64,000 nt of DNA from Chlorokybus atmophyticus. Lineage: Eukaryota; Plantae; Mesostigma and Chlorokybus algae. The position numbers were made by a program, and so were the translations under genes. The stretch covers positions 939,103-1,003,102 of the forward strand of contig RHPI01000026.1 of the NCBI GenBank assembly GCA_009103225.1. The letters are read 5' to 3'. The notes beneath the pieces were generated by a model. The model saw only the letters and a list, made by a program, of their open reading frames with translations, searched no databases and had not been told where the DNA came from. Positions 12,468-22,788 of this stretch are shown here, piece after piece (position 1 is the stretch's first letter; every line of letters begins with the position of its first letter).

Positions 12468-13371
12468 TTGGTGTGGTCGTGGAGCTGGGTGTTAGCGCTG
12501 TGTTGCCTACCTGCGCTCTTGCCACTGCATCTTGTTGTTGCTGCCTTGGGCGAGTCCAGCTGCGAGCACCGTCATCGTGATGATGGCCAGACCCGTCGGC
12601 GGCGTTTCATTGTCGCTAAAGCTGGAGCAACGCACCCAAAGTATGTGCGTGTGCGTGTATGCTTGCCAATGCGAGTAGCATCAACCTTTAAGAAAGCGTC
12701 TGTAGACGCACGCGTGCAGTCGTTAGAGCAGCTGCGTGCTGGTCATTCGTAGCGTCTTGCATGTAAGCCCAACAACTTGCTGTCATCATTGTCTTCTAAC
12801 CCCAATTAGCTACTACCGACGCATACAACCTGCGCATGCATCCAATGCAACCTTTGCTTTGTGTTCGCGCAGTTCGCAGTGTTGCCAAACCAATTTTGCC
12901 GTGCCGGGAGACTACACTCAGATCATCATTGAAGCTGCGGCATGCAATGACGCTCCAAAGTCCCGAGCATGGTGCGTGCTTTCAACATCAAAACATCTCT
13001 GTTCAAGCACAGGGTTGCATTCACACGCATCCTCTTTGTATTGGTGCAATGCCGTTGACAATTCCAAGCTTAAGTTCAAGTGTTGTATGCAGGTGCGCCA
13101 GACTCTGACAGTTACACTCTTCAGGATTTGGGGCGAATGATGCGAAGCCCTTGAACGGGGAGTGGATTGGCTGGTTTACGACTCTTTTGCAAGAAAGTAT
13201 GAAGCAAAGCCGGAATTGTACCTATCCATACGGGTTGAACTTCGGGACCACTTTGAATCACTAACGACATGCGAGGATATTGGTTCCGATGCTGCGCATC
13301 TGTTGGAGATGGCGGTCGAGTTGGGGATGCTGTGTGTGCTTCCCAACACAGTCGTCAGAAACCCCGAGTGA
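12468..13371 (+). pseudogene. Gene X copy 1 (unknown protein, signal-peptide-like start), decayed
   Basis: Four exon-like blocks: ...DDGQTRRRRFIVAKAGATHP; ...SLEQLRA...; ...QTNFAVPGDYTQIIIEAAACNDAPKSRAW; ...EMAVELGMLCVLPNTVVRNPE*. Homologous to 19268-20170 in inverted orientation. No ATG; frameshifts present. Confidence 0.6.
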
Positions 13372-13429
13372 GTGACTGTACCTTGCTGAACAATTGTTGT
13401 ACATTGCAAACTCCTTTGTAACATTACCG

Positions 13430-14400
13430 TGCTGTGCGCAGAGGTCCCATCCAGACGCAATGAGCGCCATATGGCCCATCACTTGTGTTCGGGCTTGCAG
13501 CCTTTCCTGGAGCGGTCTTATAGTGAATGCTGTATTGCATTGCTATCTTATGCGGTGCATGCGAGCTTACAATCAATGCGCAAGTGTTTGTTGTTGTGGG
13601 AGTCTGACAGCACTGTGGTCCTCCCAACATGCAGATCACGACATACTGCATGAATAGTCCAGTTTATTCATAGCTGGAATAACCACTCCGTCGTCAAATT
13701 GTACAGGGCTCTGAACATAGCTTACTGTGTGCAGCTGCTTACCTAATACAATGCACTGTGCAACCGCGAAGACTGCGCAGACCTTGCGCGACATTGACAA
13801 TTCCACTGCAGCATTTACAAATTGCCATTTGAGCTGGCACGAGCCGAACTAGGCTACCAGGAATGGAGCAGTACACTAGACACTGCTAACCTGAGTGAGT
13901 AACTTCCGGTCTACAGCTATTCCGAATGTTATGTCACTTGGATGCAGTGGCCAGCTCGCCGTCCAGCTTTTGCGTTGGCAATTGCTGTGTCAGTTTGTAA
14001 TCAGCGCGCCCCCCCAACTTTTGTATGATCTGCAACACGCGCACTTGTGAAGCTCAAACTGCACTGCAAAAGGCGCAGCATGCAAGACAGAAAGTTGCCC
14101 ATCATCCTGTTGGCAACAGCCTTGGGCTCGGCTCCTGACCAAGCACGCGCTGTGCGAAGAAACAAAGCATTTGCTGCCTCGTCCGCCGGCAACAGCCCAT
14201 CCGCAAGAGGCAAGCCGAGGTCAACATATTGCTGCCTCCTCTGGAAATGCACCATAATAAGAAACCTCACTAGCACGGCAGCAAGCATGCATGTGCGCAC
14301 AGATGCACCAAAGCATGCTCACACTGCGCGCACGCACTCATGTGTGCGCGCACAAGGATACGCACGCACGCACCTCATGATTGATCAATTTATGAAGCTA
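13430..14400 (-). pseudogene. GATB: GATB pseudogene copy B (3' flank, last exon, part of exon 5)
   Basis: 13430-13960 resembles 28470-29000; 13950-14035 is the last exon; 14090-14240 encodes [28 protein letters not shown]...PKAVANRMMG. Confidence 0.85.
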
Positions 14401-14460
14401 CTTGAGGTGCTGTGGTGCTGTCGCGCAAGCAATCATGTGCATGCTGCTGTGCATAAGCAA

Positions 14461-14846
14461 AAACGCATCCTTTGCTTCGTGCTCGCGCAGTTCGCAGTGT
14501 CGCCAAACAGATGCTGCCGTGCCGGGAGACAACACCGAGATCATTGAAGTTGCGGCATTCAATGACGCTCCAGGGTCCCGAGCATGGTGCGTGCTTTCAC
14601 ATCGTTGTCCCAGCATAGGATTGCATTTCACAAGCATCCTCTCGACGACATCACACCAATGCACAGAGGATGCTTGTAAAATGCAATCCTATGCTGGGAC
14701 AAAGATGTAAAAGCACGCACCATGCTCGGGATCCTGGAGCGTCATTGAATGCCGCAACTTCAATGATCTCGGTGTTGTCTACCGGCACGGCAGCATCTGT
14801 TTGGCGACACTGCGAACTGCGCGAGCACGAAGCAAAGGATGCGTTT
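14461..14846. repeat. Near-perfect foldback: 182-bp arms with a 22-nt loop, built from gene X exon 3
   Basis: 14461-14642 is the reverse complement of 14665-14846 with about 5 substitutions and no indels. The arm sequence is homologous to ~12845-13040 and ~19590-19785. Confidence 0.95.
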
Positions 14847-15139
14847 AATATATGCACAAGGTTGTAGGCGTTGCTGCTGGCTATTTGGGGCTAGAAGTCA
14901 ATGATGACAGCAAGTCTTTGGGCTTACTTGCAAGACGCTGCGAATGACCAGCACAGCACGCAGCTGCTCGGACGACTGCACGCGTGCAGCGTTCTCAAAA
15001 CCTGATGCTCATGTTAGAGGCAGGCGTGCGGCATACTCAACTCGCAGTAACCAACACAACGTGGCGAGTGCCGGCAGTAGCTAGACAAGAAGCTACGCAG
15101 CACCAGAGCAGGGACGTTTGCAGCAACATGACGGACCAG

Positions 15140-15300
15140 CACCCCTACCGGTCTACTGTTGGCGCACGGCAACGAGCCAGCGGCAGAAGCAAGCGTTGGG
15201 GCGTGGACATCCACACACGCTGACCTTGCGTGCGTTGCCCCTGGCCCCTATCAGCCCCAGCGAGAGGGGGAGACGCCGCTGCACAGCGCGCCAGGTCCGG
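15140..15300 (+). pseudogene. Possible degenerate ankyrin-repeat fragment
   Basis: LLLAHGNEPAA...GAWTSTHA...REGETPLHSA resembles the ankyrin consensus (LLxxGADxN, GxTPLHxA). It is isolated and preceded by a stop. Confidence 0.3.
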
Positions 15301-15609
15301 CCATGATGAAGGAGAGCGAGCGCTCGACTCGCCTACCGGCAGCAACAAGACCAGTACCGCCTCCGCCTCTGCCACAGCCGCGTCAATGAAGGAAGGAATG
15401 ACCTCCGACTGCTGCTCCTGTGTCCGCTGGTAACCATGCCACGCAGAGTGATGACGTGAGCGGTCATGTGAAACTCGTGTCTGTCGCCAACCAAGTGAAT
15501 GCGCTGTCAGCAGTGGCTAATCTCGCAGTTCATTTCAGCACCAAAAGTGTGCACAGAATCGGTGGGAGCGGTCCGCAGTACTCTGTACGCCGATCTGTGT
15601 GCCTCTGTT

Positions 15610-16670
15610 GCACACAGGCACACAAGCTGGCGTTAACGGCAGCGGAGAGCATGCGTGGTACATGTATGCAGAGGGTACAAGTCATCTTGGCATGCATGCA
15701 GGTAATCGAGCCGGCATGCACACCCCTGCTGGAGATGTTGTCCGAGCCCGTCTTGCGTCCGGGAATGCATGCGCTGCGATGTCCACGTCTCAGTGCACCT
15801 CATGCAACCGAAAATGGAGATGCTCAACACGAACTGTTTCCCAGGTGCACGCCCATCTGCATGCGCGAGTGCATTTGTGCATGTGCGTGTGCGCACGCGT
15901 GTGTGTTGGCTTGTATGTTTACGTCTGCACTTCTGCGACTAGCACAGGCTTGTGGGTGGGTGTTGTGTTTCTTGTATGGCGTGTCCGTTGTCAGAAAGCG
16001 GCTGGCAGGTCTGAGTTTAAGCAGCGCGCAGCAGATTGTGAGATAGCGAGGCACACAGCGCTGCAGATGAAGCGGGTCGGGGACACGAGTGAGACAAGGC
16101 GGGCAAAAGACGGTCACCATGCGAAAGAAGTACGCTAGCAAGCTTCTTGAACAGCAAACAGCTCCGGAAAGTCTGCATGTCAACTTAATGACTGCTATGT
16201 CTGCACAGAGCACAGTAGTCTGAGAGGCCATCTGTGCCTCTCAGACTATCGTTACTCCCCGAACCCAGGTCTTCCTGAAGTGCGGCATCACGATTGCTGT
16301 TCTGGCTGACGAGCGCAGCAAACCAACAGAGCTGCCAGATAGGTGAGCACTGATAGTAGAAAGCGACTACATAACCACAACAGCTCAAGTGTCGAAATAA
16401 AGAAATGGAAGTGACGTGCTGTGGCAATGTAGCCAGCTGTGCGTGCATGAGTGTATGCACGCACATGATTGCTTGCGCGACAGCACCTCAAGGCGTGTCC
16501 TGTCCATCACGGAGATCGCTCGCAAGCCAGAGAATCTGGCTGAACTTCTACAACTCATCCAGAAGGGCATTATCTCTGTGAAGATCGTCAAAGAGTTGCT
16601 GTCAGAGCTTCTGCGCAATTGGTTGTAAGGCTGCCGAGCTTGTCGAGGCCAAGGCCTTTCGCAGGTGCGA
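15610..16670 (+). pseudogene. GATB: GATB pseudogene copy C (inverted): intron 1 end, 3' part of exon 2, exons 3 and 4, part of exon 5
   Basis: + strand matches to the exons, e.g. 16500-16665 VLSITEIARKPENLAELLQLIQKGIISVKIVKELLSELLR versus intact [40 protein letters not shown]. Confidence 0.9.
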
Positions 16671-16999
16671 TTGCCTTGCTCACCACTTGAGGACGTTGCT
16701 GAATATTCTTCTTTCGCTGATTGTGTTTGCCTACTCGTCTAATGGTGCAGATCGTCAACGTAACGCGGCCTCTGCAACGGCACTGTTATTACAAACCTGG
16801 CACGCAAGCAACCATGTGCACACCCACAGGCACAGCCGCGCACGAAACCATGCACACACTCACGCACACATGCATGTGTGCGCGCGCACACAATTGCATG
16901 CACGCACAGCACCTCCGATTGTGATTTTACGTGCTGTGGCGCAAGTACACAAGCAAGCAAATGCACGCACAAGCAAATAAGCACAGAAGCATGCACGCA

Positions 17000-17890
17000 C
17001 ACAGAAAGTGACTACAACACCACAGCACCTCAAGTTGTGCTTTGAAAGTTGGGATACTGTGATGATGTAGTTGCTTTTGGATATCTGTGCTGGCCTCATC
17101 CGGCAGCTCTGGTGGTGTGCTGCGCGTCATGAGCCAAAAAACAGCATCCGTACTGCGCACTTCAGGAAGATCTGGCTCGGGGAAGTACCAATAGTTTGCC
17201 AGGCCCTCTCTGGGCCGCCCAGAGATGTATGCGGCAGACATCACAACTATCAATTGATGTTCAAACTTGCAGACCAGACCTATCTGCCAGTCAAGATGCT
17301 TGCGTGCTTGCTTGCTTGATATACATCTTTCGCATGGTGACCGTTGTCTGACCAGCTTCATCCCACAGCCTAGTCTCGTTCGTAATTTCCTGTCCCCGAC
17401 CCACTTCATGCAGCGCTATCTGCCTTCCAATCTCCAAATCTGCTGCATGCCTACAGATTATCAGTTGGAACTTAGACCTGCCAACCAAGTTTGTTAAAAG
17501 GACACACGCGCAATATGAGAAGCAACTTGCTAAAGCAAGCTGGATTAGTCAAGCAACTGCATGCAAACATGCACGCCAAAGCACATCGCCAATGTGTACA
17601 GGTAACTACGCATGCATGTTGACTAACGGGGCAAGGGCTTAGCGAAGGTAGCTTCCTAGTATGTATAGGTAGCCCGGTGGTGTAACAAGTTGTTGTTTGC
17701 TGGCGTGTGCGAGTGCGCTTGTGTTTGCATGTGTCATGCATGTGCACAATGCAATGGGGTCACATGCATAGCATTGCATATACGCTGCACACGCACGCAT
17801 GCAGACTCATGTGCACCTAAGAAAGAGTTCATGTTGTTTATCTCCACTTTGGTGCCCAGAGTCGTGCCGGGTCGGTGCACTGTTCAACGT
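17000..17890 (-). pseudogene. GATB: GATB pseudogene copy D (exon 2 end, exons 3 and 4)
   Basis: [36 protein letters not shown] and [18 protein letters not shown]. Exon 2 is degenerate and truncated. Confidence 0.9.
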
Positions 17891-17993
17891 ACGCTCATGT
17901 ATGTTTGCGTGAGCGCGGGCTTGTATTGAGTGCACTGGGTTTTCATCCCCAACATCACATGGTACTGCAGCTAGAGCATTACTGATGACGGCG

Positions 17994-18095
17994 NNNNNNN
18001 NNNNNNNNNNNNNNNNNNNNNNNNNNNNNNNNNNNNNNNNNNNNNNNNNNNNNNNNNNNNNNNNNNNNNNNNNNNNNNNNNNNNNNNNNNNNNNN
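17994..18095. other. Assembly gap (N run), followed by a G run
   Basis: N characters in the sequence. Confidence 1.
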
Positions 18096-18164
18096 GGGGG
18101 GGGTGTCTGTCGTGCACACTGCGCCTTGTGCAGTGCAGTTTTAGGTTCACAAGCGCGTGTACTG

Positions 18165-19260
18165 CAGATTATGCAAAACTTGGGGGGACGCGGTCATCCT
18201 GAAGCACAAGTTGGACGGCCAGCTGGCAACTGCATGCAAGGGAATTTATACTGTGAAAGAGATAGACACTGGACAGATCAGGATAGCAGTGTTGTATAAT
18301 GCTCCATTCCTAGCAGCCCAGTGTCGCTCGCGGCAGTCATGATGGCAACGTGTGTACAGGATATGCGCGTGGCTGCTGGTCACATGCATCACACAGCATA
18401 CTACACGCGGCGTACAGAAGATGCAAGCTACATCACGCGCATGCCAAGCATACTGCACTCACATGTCACACACATTTAGCATGATATTTCACATATAACA
18501 CCACCGGGGGATATACTATCCTTTGACTACTACACTACTCGCTGAGCACATACCCCATTAACCATGTATGCATGGCAATTCACAGTCTGTACCTGCACGC
18601 ATGAGCAGCTAGTTAGTCTCCGACATCTTTGCAACAGCACGCAGTATCAACAGCAGACAGACGCCCACTCCCACTCCCACTCCCACTCTCTCGTTCGCCT
18701 TCACCCACAGTCTCACTCATGCCATCCCCTGACAGTCTTGCTGCGTCAACCCCTCATCCAAGACCCCTCTACCCCGCCCCTCTGCCCCACCCCTTTACGT
18801 ATGCTGCAGTGGAACTGTCAATGCTGCGCGACGTCTGCGTGGTCTTCAAAGCTGCACAGTGCATTGTGTACACGCTAAAGGCATTCACTGGCGCTGCACG
18901 CAGTAAGCCATGTTCAGGAATCATGCGAGCTGCGCGACCAACTTGTTGAACCAACGGTATCTATAGCGTGGTTGTTGATGCTGAATGTCATAATCTGCTT
19001 GAGGGCCACACTGCAGTTCTCTCTGACTCTTACAAAAACAAACATTTGCTATTACTGTACATTCTGGGCTCGCACGTGCTGCATAACATGGCAATGTAAC
19101 ACGGCAGTCACTATGGAACCGCTTCACGAAAGGCTGCAAGCGACCAACCATGAGTGATGGGCCGCATGGCGCTCACTGCGGCCGCAGGATGGGAGGTCTG
19201 CGCACAGTGCAATAAAGTTGCAAAGGAGTTAGCAAAGCGCAACGTTTGTTCAGCAAGGCA
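18165..19260 (+). pseudogene. GATB: GATB pseudogene copy E (inverted last exon plus 3' flank)
   Basis: cagattatgcaaaacttggggggacgcg...ttggacggccagctggcaactgca matches last exon [10 protein letters not shown]...KLDGELATA. 18780-19230 is the reverse complement of the 28470-28880 flank. Confidence 0.8.
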
Positions 19261-19267
19261 GAATGAC

Positions 19268-20170
19268 TCACTCGGGGTTTCTGACGACTGTGTTGGGAAG
19301 CACGCACACAAGCCCAAACTCGGCCGCCAGCTCCAGCAGCACAGCATCGGAAGGTGAGCCGTCCTCGCATGCCGTTTCGTGATTCATGTGGTTGAGTCCG
19401 AGCATCAAGTATTCGTAAAACGCTGCGTTCTCTTTTATCTTTCTTTTCAAGGAGTAGTAGAGCAGTTCATCCAGTGCCCGTTCCATGCTTTGCAACATTG
19501 CCCCCAATCCAGAACAGTACAATTGTCAGAACTTGGCGCACCTGCATACAAGATTTAGTAAGCTCCGAGCAGACTGTCAACAACATTGCACCAATGCAAA
19601 GAGGATGCTTATGAATGTAACCCTATGCTGGCACAAAGATGTGTTGATGATGAAAGCACGTACCATGCTTGGGACCCTGGAGCGCCATTACATGCCGCCG
19701 CTTCGATGATCTGAGTGTCGTTGCCCGGAAAGGCAGCATTGGTTTGGTGACACTGCGGACTGCACGAACACAAAGTAAGAGTTAAGTTGCATGCATGCAA
19801 GGTTGTATGCGTTGGTAATGGCTATTTGGGAAGGAAGACAATGATGACAGCAAGTCTTAGGCTTACATGCAGGACGCTACGGATGACCAGCACAGCACGC
19901 AGCTGCTCTAACGACAGCAATGCGTCTACAAGCGCCCTCTCAAAGCTTGCTTCTATCGGCAATGGCAAGAATACGCGCACGTACATACCTTGGGTGCGTT
20001 TCTGCCCCAGCTTCAGCGACGATGAGACGCCGCCGACGTGTCTGGCCGTCATCATGACGACGGCGCTCGCCCCTGGACTCGCTCAACGGCAGCAGCGACA
20101 AAATGCTGTGGACGGCGAGAAGCAGGTAGGCACCACGGCGCTAACACCCCACTCCACAACCACACCAACT
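19268..20170 (-). pseudogene. Gene X copy 2 (inverted), decayed
   Basis: GAYLLLAVHSILSLLPLSESRGERRRHDDGQTRRRRLIVAEAGAETHP; SFERALVDALLSLEQLRAVLVIRSVLH; QTNAAFPGNDTQIIEAAACNGAPGSQAW; ELAAEFGLVCVLPNTVVRNPE*. GT/AG signals flank the blocks. An upstream in-frame TAG is present. Confidence 0.6.
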
Positions 20171-20199
20171 GCAGCCACTTTCGGCTGCTGATCACAGCG

Positions 20200-20382
20200 A
20201 CGACACACCCCGCTCCTGCAGCCTACCCGCACGGCAGGCTGGCGTGGCCTAGCGACCCCACCCAGCACTCTCTTGCTACTCCTTGTGCTCCTGCTTCTCC
20301 TCCACCTCCCCCATCTCGTCCTCGTCCTCGTCCTTGTCCTCTTGCCCGCCCCCCCGCCGCCGCCGTCTACGCCTACTCCAGC
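20200..20382. promoter_or_regulatory. Second, inverted duplicate of the GATB/TPS intergenic segment
   Basis: Reverse complement of 12250-12430 and 32003-32165; homology ends at ...cgtctacgcctactccagc (20382). Confidence 0.8.
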
Positions 20383-20524
20383 TTCAAGGCGCGAATGCTG
20401 CTCTTGGTCTTAGATTTAGTTAGAAAAACCAGATAGGTAGGCCTATTTTCAGGCGGGTGGCCTGGCTCAGCCGTGGAGGCTGCCTCTGGCAATCATCAAC
20501 CGAGGTGACGGTGTATATATCGAC

Positions 20525-20991
20525 CAGCTTAGGGGCAAAGCCCTCAAAACGGCCAGTCCTTGCGTTGTCCGGGTCTGCGCTAGTGCAGCGCGGTCATCAG
20601 TGACCGGCGCTGAGTCGGCGTGGATATTGGTGTGATGGGTCCAGCGAGTCGGCATCGACCGACTGTTGGGATTTGCATAGACAGTGCCTGACAGGGTTAT
20701 GACAGGCTGCCTTTGTCGACGCTGACGGCGGCAATTAACATGCTTCTCCTCAATGGATCCCAACTGATAGACGACACCCGCTTTGACGACCGCCGACAAA
20801 AGTGCTCGTAGTCTGGCGTGGTCACGCGGATCAGCACCGACAAACCACACCGGTCCGCGCAGACTCGTGCACGGTCAGCAACAGCGGTCACCGTAGACTC
20901 TCGACGTCCAAAACCCCCACGTCGGCGCAGACCGGAATAGCCGGCCAGCGACCCGGACAACCCAAGGAAATGAGGCTTTGCCCCTCGGCTG
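20525..20991. repeat. ~470-nt island closed by imperfect terminal inverted repeats (MITE-like or structured RNA)
   Basis: 20525-20575 pairs with 20950-20991 (aggggcaaagccctca with tgaggctttgcccct; tccttgcgttgtccgggtc with gacccggacaacccaagga). Several internal hairpins are present. Confidence 0.5.
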
Positions 20992-21726
20992 CGACGTGGG
21001 AGCTGTGAAGCTGTTGACTGTTGCCGTGTGGTGACCTGTGACAGGTCGTGTTGGTGGTGTTGTGAGCGGCTGTGAAGCTGAGTGTGCTCGTCCGTGCTGC
21101 GCTGTGAGATGTTGTGATCCTTTAAGTCTGTCACGAGCACGGATGCTGGTACACTGCTTTGGCCTTTGGTACACACCCCGTCAGGGTACACGCGATGTGC
21201 CATAGTACATGACGTAAAACATGACTTTCTTATGCATGCGTAATAAGTGGTTGATGATAGCTTTTATCAACTTGATTATGTAAAGACAACGCGTAGTTGT
21301 GGTACTAGTCAAGAGTATGCAGAAGCACATGGCATCTACTTACACACAAGCGCGTGAATGAGGTTTAAAACACATAGTGCGTGTAGCAAATGTCAATTGT
21401 TTTAAATATTATTTGCGATATTATTCTTGTTACGAGTAGTACTTATAATATTCTTGCAAGCATGTGTGTGCGTACAATATATGATGTAAACATGTATACG
21501 TGTTGTTGTTAACTTGACGTAGGGCTATCATGCCTACATCGCCCGCGCATACCAGCTTTCATCGAGCATGCCTACATCGAAACCATTGCCCAGCTTACCA
21601 GTATACCAGCTCGCGCGCATCACTGATCAGTAGCGAGATCATAGCTCTGGAGTAGCTCATGACCATAGCCTACATAGGCACCATGCGTAGCTGTCTATTT
21701 GCGAGTGCGATTATAGGTTATGTTCC

Positions 21727-22060
21727 ATATCGAGTGGGGGTTTTGTTAGAAATAGCCTCAATATGACAAATAGCTTATGTTCCGAGTAGTCATGATTTGA
21801 CTTGTATAAGTAGTCAGGGTGTTCACCGGATCAGCTGGTGACACTGTGAGCGAGAAAGCAAAGAGCTTGTGGAGCAACTTGATGTATGCTTAGTTGTGAG
21901 TTGTGCTCTATATCAAGTGGGGGTTTCTTTGGAGGTAGCCTCGGCATGACCATTAGCTTAAGTTCTGAACATCATATTTTGACTTGTATAGTCATGGTGT
22001 TCAGCGGATCAGCTGGTGACACTGTGAGTGAGAAAGCTAAGAGCTTGTGAAGCAACTTGA
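21727..22060. repeat. Diverged tandem duplication, ~183-bp period, 2 copies
   Basis: Units start at 21727 and 21910 and share ggatcagctggtgacactgtgag.gagaaagc.aagagcttgtg.agcaacttga. Confidence 0.9.
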
Positions 22061-22788
22061 GCTATGAATCACGCTGTCTCGATTGCCAAGAATCCCTTCA
22101 CAGTGTGAGGGCCTGTGCATGCTCTTGTGCACTATGCTTGTCATTGCTGTGAGCGCGGTGTGCTTGGTTGGCATCAGTGGCATCATTGTGGGTGTCAGTA
22201 CATATGTCCACGCACACGTATGTCTAAGGGGCTAGTAGTAGCATAGCGTAGCTGAGTTAGCGATTGAGCTACCCCGGTGGTGTTGGTTATGTGATAAGCT
22301 GTGTGGGCTGGTGATCATGCATGCCATGCACGATCTCCGCGCACCATGCATGTTGGCATACGTACCATACCCCTTATATACGCACTGTAGCATGCATGCG
22401 GACTCCATATCTCAAGTATGTATACGATAATCAAATTTGGCTTGATGTGTGTTAGTGCATGCAGCCGCAGCTGCTCTTGCTGCTCTGGCAACAGCTGCTT
22501 GTGTTGCAATTGAAGTAATTGTGAAACTAACACAAACTGCATGCAATAGCATCGTTAATATGGCAGATGGCACTTGACAAAACTTCTTGACGTCTTGAGT
22601 ACCCCACATTGAAACTACCGGTGCAGGAAGTGTCTCATCACCCATTACTGCTGAGCTACACTGAAAGATCGACTCGCACTTATCCCTTATGCTATGCTCA
22701 TCCATCTATCAACTGCCCAGCGTGTATGCAGTGGTTACAGCTTGCAGAACGGGTTAGTGCAGACAGAACTATGGGTCTACCGCTACTA

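Noticed and set aside
20525-20991. Telomerase RNA, group I/II intron or hammerhead ribozyme
   Set aside because: There is no 1.5-repeat telomere template (only TAACCCT on the - strand), no USE/TATA spacing, no domain V or P7 motifs, and the CTGATGA on the - strand is not followed by a GAAA core.
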